Shown piece after piece: positions 1 to 8,968 of a stretch of 46,207 nucleotides of DNA (its first letter is position 1; each line of letters starts with the position of its first letter). The stretch spans positions 1-46,207 of the forward strand of contig JAOPTT010000015.1 in assembly GCA_051531975.1 (NCBI GenBank), given 5' to 3'. The stretch is from Spirochaetaceae bacterium. Lineage in GTDB: Bacteria > Spirochaetota > Spirochaetia > DSM-2461. The notes beneath the pieces are model-generated. The model did not search any database. It saw only the letters and a program-made list of their open reading frames with translations, and was not told the DNA's origin. The position numbers and the translations under genes were made by a program.

Positions 1-137
1 GAGCTGATAGTTTAGATACTTACGAATTAGTTTATGCAATAGAGTCTGAAATGGATATTGAAGTTCCAGATGAAAAAGCAAATGAGTTTGAAAAAGTTTC
101 TGACGCATTAGATTATATCAAATCACAAAAGAACTAA
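1..137 (+). CDS. acpP: Acyl carrier protein, 3' part (start lies outside the window)
   Basis: Manual translation from nt 3 gives ADSLDTYELVYAIESEMDIEVPDEKANEFEKVSDALDYIKSQKN*. It has the DSL phosphopantetheine motif and sits directly before rnc. Confidence 0.95.
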   Translation, partial: ADSLDTYELVYAIESEMDIEVPDEKANEFEKVSDALDYIKSQKN

Positions 138-138
138 A

Positions 139-879
139 TTGAACATTTCTTTTTTAAAGAAATCAAAAAATAGTAAAATTATGATTGATACAAATAGGAA
201 ACTTGAACTATCAAGTTTTCTTAAAAATCTTAAAATAAGGTTCAGGGATTTAACACTTCTGAACCTTGCATTTACTCACCGATCCGTACCAAATTTTTCA
301 CAAACAATATATAACAATGAAAGATTAGAATTTTTAGGCGACTCTGTATTAGGTTTATCTGTAACTGATTATTTGTATAGTAAATTTCCAGATTTAAGAG
401 AAGGAGATTTAGCAAAAATTAAGTCGTATGTTGTTAGTGAGGAAGTTTTATCTAAAATTGGACTTTCTATAGGTCTAGATCAAATACTTCTTGTTGGTAA
501 AGGAGAAGAATATAGTGGTGGGAGACAAAAAAATGCAATCTTAGAAGATGCCTTAGAAGCACTGTTTGGAGCTTATTATTTAGATAGTGGTTATAAAAAA
601 TGTAAAAAGTTTGTATTAAGGTATCTAATTCCTGAAATTGATTTGGTTATCAAAGGTGATTATAGGAAGGACTATAAAACTATTTTACAAGAAGCTGTAC
701 AAAAAAAAGAAAAAGTGTGTCCTAAATACAAACTTTTAAGTAAAAATGGGCCTGATCATGCTATAGAATTTGTTTATCAAGTATTTGTTAAAAATACCAT
801 TATAGGGACAGGTTCAGGCAAAAATAGAAAAAGTGCTGAACAAAATGCTGCAAAACAAGGTCTTTCTAAATATCTTTAG
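139..879 (+). CDS. rnc: Ribonuclease III
   Basis: NERLEFLGDSVL signature, EDALEALFGA motif, and a C-terminal dsRBD (DYKTILQE...GKNRKSAEQNAA). The start may be the ATG at 181. Confidence 0.97.
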   Translation: MNISFLKKSKNSKIMIDTNRKLELSSFLKNLKIRFRDLTLLNLAFTHRSVPNFSQTIYNNERLEFLGDSVLGLSVTDYLYSKFPDLREGDLAKIKSYVVSEEVLSKIGLSIGLDQILLVGKGEEYSGGRQKNAILEDALEALFGAYYLDSGYKKCKKFVLRYLIPEIDLVIKGDYRKDYKTILQEAVQKKEKVCPKYKLLSKNGPDHAIEFVYQVFVKNTIIGTGSGKNRKSAEQNAAKQGLSKYL

Positions 880-2098
880 ATAATGTTATCAATTGTTCAT
901 GTGTATTTAATTCTGGGTTTTTTAATACCATTTCTAATAAACCTTCTAGCACCTTACCTAATTGTGGTCCTGGAAATAATTCCGTCTCTGTAATTAAATC
1001 TTTACCAGTTATTTTTAAATCCTTAATTACAAATGCACAGTTTTGTGTGATCTCAAGTTCTATTTTTTCAAAAAGGGAAGATAATATTACTTTATCTATA
1101 TTCTGCATTCCTTGCCAAAGAACTTTTAAATCTTGTAAATCTATAATATTAACTGCAGCAATAAATTTACGAACTTGATATCTTGTTTCTATCTTTGTTA
1201 TATCTGTATCTATAAACTTAAGAAGATGTAAAGTTGAGTTTATAAACTGGTTTGAGAGTTTTTGTATTTTTAATGTATCTAATCGTTTCTCATTAGGTGT
1301 AATTGAAAGTAGTCTAGAAAATCTAATAAAAGGTTTATCACTAATAATGGTATCCATATCCATTAATGCTTTATTAAAAGATATAATATCATTTTTACAT
1401 GAGTTGTAAATATTAGGGAAAAGTATTTCTAACATACCACAATTGTAAAAATGTCTGAAACCGATTGATGGGTGATTACTGGATAATATTTTGACTAATT
1501 CATCACTTATTCTCTCTTTAGATACATCTTTTAATTTACCTAAAGTTTTTGACATTGCAATATAGGTTAATTTATCTATTGAGAAATTTAACTGAGAAGC
1601 AAATCTACAAGCTCTTACTAGTCTAAGAGCATCCTCATCGAACCTTTTTGATGGAATACCAATAGCACGAATTACATTGTCATTTAAATCTTCAATACCT
1701 CTATTTATATCCAACATTATATCATTATGGATGTTAAAAGCTATAGAGTTTATTGTGAAATCACGTCGTAACAGATCTTCTTCTATCGATGGAGTAAACT
1801 CAATTTTATCAGGTCGTCTTCCATCGCTGTATTTCCCATCAATTCTATATGTAGTAATTTCAAATCCATGAGATCCTATTAGAATTGTCACTGTGCCATG
1901 TTTTATTCCAGTAGGAATAACTCTTTTAAATAGAGACATTACTTCTTCAGGTTTAGCATTTGTAGCTAAATCATAATCTTTAGCTTTTTTCCCAAGAAGT
2001 TGATTTCTTATAGCTCCACCAACAAGATAACATTGGTATCCTGCATCATTCAAAACTGAGCTAATAGTTTTTATCTCTTCCGGTATAAATAAATCCAT
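866..2098 (-). CDS. cca: Class II CCA tRNA nucleotidyltransferase
   Basis: LVGGAIRN..KDYDLAT, RRDFTINSIA and EDALRLVRACRF motifs. The ATG at 2098 (MDLFIP) is preferred over the track start at 2107. The tRNA genes in this window do not encode CCA. Confidence 0.9.
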   Translation of the reverse strand: MDLFIPEEIKTISSVLNDAGYQCYLVGGAIRNQLLGKKAKDYDLATNAKPEEVMSLFKRVIPTGIKHGTVTILIGSHGFEITTYRIDGKYSDGRRPDKIEFTPSIEEDLLRRDFTINSIAFNIHNDIMLDINRGIEDLNDNVIRAIGIPSKRFDEDALRLVRACRFASQLNFSIDKLTYIAMSKTLGKLKDVSKERISDELVKILSSNHPSIGFRHFYNCGMLEILFPNIYNSCKNDIISFNKALMDMDTIISDKPFIRFSRLLSITPNEKRLDTLKIQKLSNQFINSTLHLLKFIDTDITKIETRYQVRKFIAAVNIIDLQDLKVLWQGMQNIDKVILSSLFEKIELEITQNCAFVIKDLKITGKDLITETELFPGPQLGKVLEGLLEMVLKNPELNTHEQLITLSKDI

Positions 2099-2116
2099 GT
2101 TTAGCAAATTATAACC

Positions 2117-2146
2117 TTGTCACTTAATTGTCAATGACTTTATAGT
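2117..2146 (+). promoter_or_regulatory. Putative sigma70 promoter of thiN, overlapping the divergent cca promoter
   Basis: TTGTCA (2117-2122), 18 nt, TATAGT (2141-2146), then ATG 6 nt later. The opposite strand has TTGACA (2134-2129), 17 nt, TAATTT. Confidence 0.5.
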
Positions 2147-2152
2147 TAAAGA

Positions 2153-2785
2153 ATGAATAGTATTTTGATTACAGGTGGTGAAATCCCTGATTATAACTTA
2201 GTAAAACATCTGTTTACAAATGTTTATGTCTGCGTCGCAGATTCTGGATATGATTGGGTGTTAGAAAATAATATTGATTTTGACTTTTTAGTTGGAGATA
2301 TGGACTCTATTAAGGATACTGAAAATTTAAAATTAATCCCAAATGAAAAAATTGAACAATTTTCGACCCATAAAGATGATACCGATACAATAATCGGTCT
2401 TAAACACTTAAAAAAAATGGGTAGTAAAAGTGTTATTTTAATTGGAGGTGGAGGTGGTCGATTAGACCATTTATTAGGGGTGTTTTCACTGTTTGAAACA
2501 GACTTAGCACCAGACGTTTGGTTTACAAAACATGAAGTTGTCCACAAAGTCCATGGGAAATTATCATTAGGGCAATTTAACCAGTCATCAATTTCTATTT
2601 ATCCTATTAATAAAGTAGATTGCAGTATTGCTTCATATGGTTTAAAATGGGATCTGATCCATGTTGATTGGACTTATAAGTCTATAGGCATTAGTAATTT
2701 TGTAGAAAAAAAAGATTCATGGATAGATACAGGGACTAACGTTTTTATAGTGATAGTTCCAATTATAGGAAAAGTATTTGAGTAG
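2153..2785 (+). CDS. thiN: Thiamine pyrophosphokinase
   Basis: VADSG, LVGDMDSI, KDDTDT and GGGGGRLDH motifs. Confidence 0.93.
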   Translation: MNSILITGGEIPDYNLVKHLFTNVYVCVADSGYDWVLENNIDFDFLVGDMDSIKDTENLKLIPNEKIEQFSTHKDDTDTIIGLKHLKKMGSKSVILIGGGGGRLDHLLGVFSLFETDLAPDVWFTKHEVVHKVHGKLSLGQFNQSSISIYPINKVDCSIASYGLKWDLIHVDWTYKSIGISNFVEKKDSWIDTGTNVFIVIVPIIGKVFE

Positions 2786-4517
2786 TAAAAAATTTGATGA
2801 TCTAACAACAAATCTCTCAGAGTCAGAAAAAAAAGTTTTACTTAATCAGATTAATGAAAATCTCAGTGCAAATCCTATTAAACAAGATGAAAAATATAGC
2901 AATTTTAAAGAAAAAGAGAATAAAGACTTTCAAAAGAAGAGTATCTCAAAAGATATAGAAGGTTTAGGTTTTTTTCAGAAATTATTTCTTAATATTCGTA
3001 GTTTCATTATGGGGAAAGATATAAAAGAAGTTTATAACAATGACCTGTTATCTAGTCTGGAAAGAAGAATTTCTTTTACTGCACCAACTTTGGTATTATT
3101 AAAAAAGCGAAGATTTACAAGTATTCTAATCAATGATTTTATACGAATTAATTCTCTTGTTTCACCTTTTATCAACATATTTTCTGATGTATGGGAAAGT
3201 CCAATTGCTTTAGAAAAACTAATTGGAGCAATTTTATCTGAAAAATATAATTCAATAAAAAATACACTGTTTGATTTTATTCGTGAATCAGAGATAGATA
3301 AAAGTATAAGTGAAGGAGAAAGTTTAGAAGCTGTTAAAAAGGCTCTTTTAAAGTCAATTTATGATTATAGAAAAAAAATACCAGATTTTATCTTCCCCGA
3401 AGCTGAAGAAGAGTTTTTAGCAATAATATCACTTAAAAATATCGTTTTATATAATTTCATACCAATATTTAAATTAATGGGTATCAGTGGTAATGATAGT
3501 ATTGAAAGTATTACTAATAAAAGTGTATCAATGAGCCTTGTTGTTAGGCATGTAGAAGACTTCTATAAGTTATTAATTCATTTTTCTGGGATTACTTTAC
3601 AACAAAACAGTATTGCTTCATTGATAGCTCTTAAGACCATGGGGAATGAAGTCGAAGAGCAACAGCTCTGGGATAGTTATACAAAGCTTTCTGAAAAACT
3701 TAAAAGCCTAACAGTAGCTTATCCATTCGAGGACTTAATAAAGTTTTCAAAGGGTAATCCATTTTATAAAATTGATTTTTCAGTATCAAAAATTAATCTA
3801 GTTGAATTTTACTTTTCAACTTTGAAAAAAGAGATGTTAGCAGAATTAGCTAAAGTATATGGTATCAGAGAAAGAGCTGTAACTAATCAACTTTTTGTTC
3901 AAATGTTTAAGAATTTTGATAAAGTTAAACTCAATAATTATAGAGTCTATAAAGAATTTGACTATAAAAACCTAAAGTTAAAATATTTTAGATATATTGA
4001 TACTTTATCAATACTAATAAATTTCTTAAAACATTATTATTCAAGAGATTTTAAAGATATTATATTTGTTCTTAGTAAACATATATATGAGAAAAATCAC
4101 ATGCTCCAGAGTAAATCTCTAGAAATTTCAATAGGAATTGAGACTCTTCAGGAACGTATTATAAAGTTTGATAGATCGATGTCTCCGGAAAGTGATGGTG
4201 GTAAAACAATGAAAACTTTATTTTCAGCTGTTGCTAGTAATCGGCAAAATTTAAGAATGTACAAAGCTTTTATTAAACAGAAGGATGAAGAAGTTTTAGA
4301 ATTACTTAAATTAGGTTCGAGACTTTTTAAGGATCTTGAAAAGATTATGTTGCAAACCTTAAAAAGTCCATCTGATACAGTCAAATTGCAGGTTTCAGCG
4401 ATTCACCCAACTATAAGCAGAAAACATACGTTTAAAGATATTTTAATTGAGAAAGGCAAGGTTCTTAAGAAGTTTATTGATATTTATAGTAAAAAGATTA
4501 TTTTTGATTCGGAATAG
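2778..4517 (+). CDS. Conserved helical hypothetical protein (resembles the spirochaete DUF5312 family)
   Basis: 579-aa ORF overlapping the thiN stop by 8 nt. The family call is from recollection and was not searched. Confidence 0.6.
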   Translation: MSSKKFDDLTTNLSESEKKVLLNQINENLSANPIKQDEKYSNFKEKENKDFQKKSISKDIEGLGFFQKLFLNIRSFIMGKDIKEVYNNDLLSSLERRISFTAPTLVLLKKRRFTSILINDFIRINSLVSPFINIFSDVWESPIALEKLIGAILSEKYNSIKNTLFDFIRESEIDKSISEGESLEAVKKALLKSIYDYRKKIPDFIFPEAEEEFLAIISLKNIVLYNFIPIFKLMGISGNDSIESITNKSVSMSLVVRHVEDFYKLLIHFSGITLQQNSIASLIALKTMGNEVEEQQLWDSYTKLSEKLKSLTVAYPFEDLIKFSKGNPFYKIDFSVSKINLVEFYFSTLKKEMLAELAKVYGIRERAVTNQLFVQMFKNFDKVKLNNYRVYKEFDYKNLKLKYFRYIDTLSILINFLKHYYSRDFKDIIFVLSKHIYEKNHMLQSKSLEISIGIETLQERIIKFDRSMSPESDGGKTMKTLFSAVASNRQNLRMYKAFIKQKDEEVLELLKLGSRLFKDLEKIMLQTLKSPSDTVKLQVSAIHPTISRKHTFKDILIEKGKVLKKFIDIYSKKIIFDSE

Positions 4518-5328
4518 GTAGAAGATCTTCGATTGTTGCCCTATCAAATACCATCTCTTTATCAATTTTTATATATTCAATCATTATTGGATATTGTGTA
4601 AATACCTCTCCATATTGTTTTAATAGTTCAAGTTTTAAAGATTCTTCATTTTTCTGTTTCAATATTTCAGCTAGATAGTTTTCTTCAGCTAAAGCTTTTT
4701 GGTTAAGATGTTTTAAATACCTATCTCTGCAACTTTCATATAGATCAATATCAGGTCTTTCTAAATTTATATAAATATTAGTAAATGTATAGTATGGGTA
4801 TATTGAAGATATATATTTGATAGCAGAACTTGATAATTCTTCATTAAATAAATTATTCCTCATATATACTTTTAAAGCTTCTTTTATTTCTAAGATAGTA
4901 TTGTTTTCCCATTCAATAAATGTATTTTCAGTAAAGATTCCACTATTTAGCTGGGATGTAAGCTCTGATGTATTGAAATTAATACTTCCAACTACTGAAT
5001 AATTGTAGTTAAAGTTCTCTTTACTGATTTTGTTGAAATCGGCATAAAGATCCCCGGATGGTAATTTGTTATTAATGTTGAAATTTATAGATCTGTATTT
5101 AATTTGAAACTTGTGAATCGTATAATTTTTTGGAATAACTTTCTCAATACTCCAGTTAAATTTACCACTTTCGATTATATTATCATTCCAACCAGTTGTT
5201 TTAGTAAAAACAACACCGTAAGTACTCTCTTCTAATTGTAACTGTTCCCAGCCTAACCAGAATATAAATCCAATAAATGCAAATATAGTTAATAGTAGTA
5301 TTGTATTAAACAGCGATTTTAGTTTCAT
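4498..5328 (-). CDS. Single-pass membrane protein with an SPFH/band-7-like N-terminus
   Basis: N-terminal TM, a YGVVFTKTTGW...GKFNW segment and a helical C-terminus. SD-like AAGGA upstream. Confidence 0.55.
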   Translation of the reverse strand: MKLKSLFNTILLLTIFAFIGFIFWLGWEQLQLEESTYGVVFTKTTGWNDNIIESGKFNWSIEKVIPKNYTIHKFQIKYRSINFNINNKLPSGDLYADFNKISKENFNYNYSVVGSINFNTSELTSQLNSGIFTENTFIEWENNTILEIKEALKVYMRNNLFNEELSSSAIKYISSIYPYYTFTNIYINLERPDIDLYESCRDRYLKHLNQKALAEENYLAEILKQKNEESLKLELLKQYGEVFTQYPIMIEYIKIDKEMVFDRATIEDLLPIPNQK

Positions 5329-5403
5329 TATTAATCCTTATTGTTTAAATATTTTATATATTTTATCATTAAAAAACAACATTTTTAAGTAAAAGGGGTT
5401 TAT

Positions 5404-5739
5404 TTGTTTAATAAAAACAAAGAACTATGGGTTACTAAATTACTTTCAAAGTTAAGTTATACTTTTTTTTTAATGAGTATTATTAGTTTTTTATCCTATT
5501 TTGTTCTTTCAAAACAGGGCATAAATGAAAGTTCAGCTTATACAATGATAAATATAATAAGCATAGTTTCGTATATTTCAATAATTCTTTTATTTTTAAA
5601 TTTAATTTTTTTTATTATAAATAAGAAAGTTTCATTTAAAAAAATTAAAAAGTGTATAAGTATTATTGTTTATATACTTATATCATTTAGTATTTTAATT
5701 TTAGTAAATACAATTTATATCATAAGTTTAGGAGTGTAG
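5404..5739 (+). CDS. Small hypothetical membrane protein (about 3 TM)
   Basis: Three hydrophobic stretches, AGGGG before the TTG start, first gene of a tightly packed run. Confidence 0.6.
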   Translation: MFNKNKELWVTKLLSKLSYTFFLMSIISFLSYFVLSKQGINESSAYTMINIISIVSYISIILLFLNLIFFIINKKVSFKKIKKCISIIVYILISFSILILVNTIYIISLGV

Positions 5740-5747
5740 AGTAAATT

Positions 5748-6116
5748 ATGGTTTTGGCAGTTCGAGGTGCAACTACAGTAGATCAAGATACAAAGGAACA
5801 AGTAATCCAAAGGGTTCAGGAAATGATAAATAAAATATTTTCTGATAACAATTTAAATGATAAATCTATAATTAGTATTTTATTTTCTATAACAGAAGAT
5901 ATAGTCTCTTTTAATCCTGCAGCAGCCTTAAGAGCAAATGGCGAATATAGTGGTATTCCTCTTTTTTGTTCAGCAGAACCTAGAAGCATAGGGGCTTTAA
6001 AACAAGCTGTTAGAGTAATTGTTACTTGGAATAGTGAAGACTCTGAATTGAACTTTGATACTAAACCAGTGTACCTACATAATGCAAAAATATTACGACC
6101 AGATCTTTTAAGTTAA
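5748..6116 (+). CDS. aroH: Chorismate mutase, AroH class
   Basis: AVRGATT N-terminus, FSITEDI..FNPA, and the VYLHNAKILRPDL C-terminus. Confidence 0.95.
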   Translation: MVLAVRGATTVDQDTKEQVIQRVQEMINKIFSDNNLNDKSIISILFSITEDIVSFNPAAALRANGEYSGIPLFCSAEPRSIGALKQAVRVIVTWNSEDSELNFDTKPVYLHNAKILRPDLLS

Positions 6117-7595
6117 ATGGTAGTTTATCAAGTTTCTAGAGAATTTTATCCATTTGCAAATGCAGGTGGATTAAAGGAAGTTGTTACAGGTATAGGTGCG
6201 GCTCTTTCTAAAAAATCTCATGATAGTTCTGTATTTATTCCATGTTATGGTTTTATAGATAAAAATGAATTTGATAAGTTAGATTCTTTTAACCTCTTAG
6301 TCAAAGAAAAATATATCTGTATTGATGTTTATTATGGTGAATATAGGGGTGTAAAAGTATATTTATTTGATTTTCCAGATGTTTCAAACAAAAGTAATGT
6401 TTATACATATACATTAAAGGATGAACAGTTTAACCCACAATTTAAACATGGTGAAGGTTTTATTGATACTGATGAAATAAACATAATTTTTCAGTTGGCT
6501 TTTTTATATTATGTAAAAGATCATTTAATAGCCCCGGATATATTAAGTTTACACGATGCTCATACGGGTCTAATACCGATATTGATAAAATCAAATAAAC
6601 ATTTAATTGATAAGTTTCTCCATAGTAAAATATTTTTTACTATACATAATGCTGGTTATATTTATCATCAAAAAATAAATATATCTAAAATTAAAGATTA
6701 TAATATCGTAAATGATGAGTTTTTGAATACTGATGGTATTGGTAAATATTTTGATCCACTTTTTTCCGCAACATACCACTCAATTCCCCTTACAGTTAGT
6801 CCATATTACGCAGATGAAATTATGAACCTTCAACATGAAAATTATACTGGAGATTTAGGTGGTTTTTGTAATAAGCATAATATTGTTGTAAAAGGTATTA
6901 CTAATGGAGTTAGTCTGAAACACTACTCATCATTAGGAATAAACAGTTTACCTTTAAAAAAACAGATAAGAATATTTAGAAATAGTTTAAAAAATAAAAT
7001 TACTGAAACACCTAGTGTTATAAAATGGGGATCAGTTGATTTTGAACAAAACAGACCAATATTTCTATTCCAAAATAGGATAACAGAACAAAAAGGGATT
7101 AATAAATTTATTGATTCTTTTAAAGATTATGTTTCATCTGGTGGAGAAGCTATTTTTGTCGTTATGGGGGAGGGTGAATCTACATACGAAAATATGTTAA
7201 TTGAACTCTCTTCAATATATAATAATCAGTTTTGTTATCTACAAGGATATGATGAAGAGTTAGCTTTTAGATTGTTTTTGTCTTCTGATTTTTTTATCCT
7301 GACTTCTCTTTGGGAGCCTTGTGGTCTTACAGATTTTGAAGCTCAGTTAGCTGGATCTATACCGATAGTCCATAAAACTGGAGGATTACAAAAAGTTAGG
7401 CATGGTGAAACTGGTTTTGTATTCTCTGAATATAACGAATTGAAAGATCAATTATTAGAGTGTGAACAGCTATATTATAATAACGATGAATTGTTACAAA
7501 ATATCAAGAAAAAGGCGTATAAACTAATCGTAGAGGAATATACATGGGAAAAAGTTGTTTTATCTAATTATATTCCTATGTTTAGTGATAAATAG
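6117..7595 (+). CDS. glgA: Glycogen/starch synthase (GT5)
   Basis: E.YPFA.AGGL loop, LHDAHTG, FTIHNAGY, RITEQKG and EPCGLT motifs. Confidence 0.85.
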   Translation: MVVYQVSREFYPFANAGGLKEVVTGIGAALSKKSHDSSVFIPCYGFIDKNEFDKLDSFNLLVKEKYICIDVYYGEYRGVKVYLFDFPDVSNKSNVYTYTLKDEQFNPQFKHGEGFIDTDEINIIFQLAFLYYVKDHLIAPDILSLHDAHTGLIPILIKSNKHLIDKFLHSKIFFTIHNAGYIYHQKINISKIKDYNIVNDEFLNTDGIGKYFDPLFSATYHSIPLTVSPYYADEIMNLQHENYTGDLGGFCNKHNIVVKGITNGVSLKHYSSLGINSLPLKKQIRIFRNSLKNKITETPSVIKWGSVDFEQNRPIFLFQNRITEQKGINKFIDSFKDYVSSGGEAIFVVMGEGESTYENMLIELSSIYNNQFCYLQGYDEELAFRLFLSSDFFILTSLWEPCGLTDFEAQLAGSIPIVHKTGGLQKVRHGETGFVFSEYNELKDQLLECEQLYYNNDELLQNIKKKAYKLIVEEYTWEKVVLSNYIPMFSDK

Positions 7596-8312
7596 ATGGA
7601 TCCTAAATTATTTGATATTGGTGAATTACAAGAAAGACTTTTTGATGAGTTAAATAAACTCGTTATTCCTAATAAAAATATTCTCTTCTTAAGTGACTTT
7701 GTTGATGATTTTTTTGAAAAAAACAGTATTTTTGTGATACCAGAAACTATACCCTTAACTATTAATATTAATAATATTGTATATCATGGGCAGCCTACAG
7801 ATTACATTTTGTTATCAGGCGATATTATTTCTATTGATATATGTTTTTGTTGGGAAGGTGTTAAAATTGATGGGGCAAAAACCTTTATTGTTGGTGAGGG
7901 GAGTTTAAAATATAAAAATTTAATTTCTACAAATAAAGAAGCTTTAAAACAAGTATTAAAAATAATTGATGTAGGAACTAGTGTAAAAGATATCTTATTG
8001 TTTTTAAATGAATATATTGGGTTGCGAGGATATTATCTTTTTCCTGATGGTTTAGGTCATGGTATTGGGAAAGGATTACATGAATCTCCAATATTGTCCC
8101 TTAGTAATCTTACAGATTTTAAATATAAATTTAAAAAAGAAGACTTTTTTACAATTGAACCAATAATTTTTTTGTTTAAAGATGAAGTTTATCAAAATAG
8201 TATTGGTGAAGGGGTAATATCAGAAAGCAACGTTTCTTCACAGTTTGAAATATCAATTTATATTAAAGAACAGGGAGAAGTTGAAATTTTGAATATTGGT
8301 TTACTAAATTAA
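7596..8312 (+). CDS. M24 metallopeptidase, methionine aminopeptidase-like (divergent)
   Basis: VYHGQP, DIISID...IDGAKT, GHGIGKGLHESP, FTIEP and SQFE. The metal ligands are present but the N-terminus is short and divergent. Confidence 0.8.
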   Translation: MDPKLFDIGELQERLFDELNKLVIPNKNILFLSDFVDDFFEKNSIFVIPETIPLTININNIVYHGQPTDYILLSGDIISIDICFCWEGVKIDGAKTFIVGEGSLKYKNLISTNKEALKQVLKIIDVGTSVKDILLFLNEYIGLRGYYLFPDGLGHGIGKGLHESPILSLSNLTDFKYKFKKEDFFTIEPIIFLFKDEVYQNSIGEGVISESNVSSQFEISIYIKEQGEVEILNIGLLN

Positions 8313-8324
8313 TTACAAAAACTA

Positions 8325-8353
8325 TTGACCTTTGTTTCTGTTTTGATTAAATT
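8325..8353 (+). promoter_or_regulatory. Sigma70 promoter of the tRNA array
   Basis: TTGACC, 17 nt, TAAATT, ending 28 nt before the first tRNA. Confidence 0.7.
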
Positions 8354-8381
8354 ACCAATCGTGGTTGAAAAACCAATTAAT

Positions 8382-8453
8382 GCCGTCTTAGCTCAGTGGT
8401 AGAGCAACGCACTTGTAATGCGTAGGTCATCAGTTCAACTCTGATAGACGGCT
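8382..8453 (+). tRNA. tRNA-Thr(TGT), copy 1
   Basis: Cloverleaf with acceptor GCCGTCT/AGACGGC, anticodon arm ACGCA-CTTGTAA-TGCGT and T arm ATCAG-TTCAACT-CTGAT. Confidence 0.97.
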
Positions 8454-8461
8454 TTAATAAT

Positions 8462-8542
8462 GGGGAGGTTCCCGAGTGGTCAAAGGGGGCAGACTGTAAA
8501 TCTGTTACTTCGGTTTCGAAGGTTCAAATCCTTCTCTCCCCA
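8462..8542 (+). tRNA. tRNA-Tyr(GTA), copy 1
   Basis: Acceptor GGGGAGG/TCTCCCC, anticodon arm GCAGA-CTGTAAA-TCTGT, extended variable arm and T arm GAAGG-TTCAAAT-CCTTC. Confidence 0.97.
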
Positions 8543-8627
8543 ATACTTTTTCTTTGAAAAAGTTTACGAATATTTTCTTTGGAAAATGTTCGTACCTTTT
8601 ATCTGTTTAGGTTAAAACAGTTGTAGC

Positions 8628-8699
8628 GCCGTCTTAGCTCAGTGGTAGAGCAACGCACTTGTAATGCGTAGGTCATCAGTTCAACTCTGATAGACGGCT
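8628..8699 (+). tRNA. tRNA-Thr(TGT), copy 2
   Basis: Identical by eye to copy 1. Confidence 0.97.
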
Positions 8700-8706
8700 T
8701 AATAAT

Positions 8707-8787
8707 GGGGAGGTTCCCGAGTGGTCAAAGGGGGCAGACTGTAAATCTGTTACTTCGGTTTCGAAGGTTCAAATCCTTCTCTCCCCA
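8707..8787 (+). tRNA. tRNA-Tyr(GTA), copy 2
   Basis: Identical by eye to copy 1. Confidence 0.97.
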
Positions 8788-8888
8788 TACTATTTTACTT
8801 GTAAAATAGTGTCTGATATAACTTTGTTTACAAGGTTTTAGAAGACAATACGTATACCTTTATCTGTTTAGGTTAAAACAGTTGTAGC

Positions 8889-8960
8889 GCCGTCTTAGCT
8901 CAGTGGTAGAGCAACGCACTTGTAATGCGTAGGTCATCAGTTCAACTCTGATAGACGGCT
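8889..8960 (+). tRNA. tRNA-Thr(TGT), copy 3
   Basis: Identical by eye to copy 1. Confidence 0.97.
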
Positions 8961-8968
8961 TTATTAAT

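Larger units (their letters stand above)
8593..8888 (+). repeat. About 34-nt direct repeat preceding tRNA-Thr copies 2 and 3
   Basis: TACCTTT(T)ATCTGTTTAGGTTAAAACAGTTGTAGC at 8593-8627 and 8855-8888. Confidence 0.9.

Noticed and set aside
866..2098. CC-only or poly(A) polymerase variant of the nucleotidyltransferase
   Set aside because: The flexible loop (YRIDGKYSDGRRPDKIEF) looks full-length, as in Bacillus-type CCA enzymes, and the EDxxR template motif is intact.
2099..2152. TPP riboswitch upstream of thiN
   Set aside because: Only about 54 nt, and no CTGAGA core motif.
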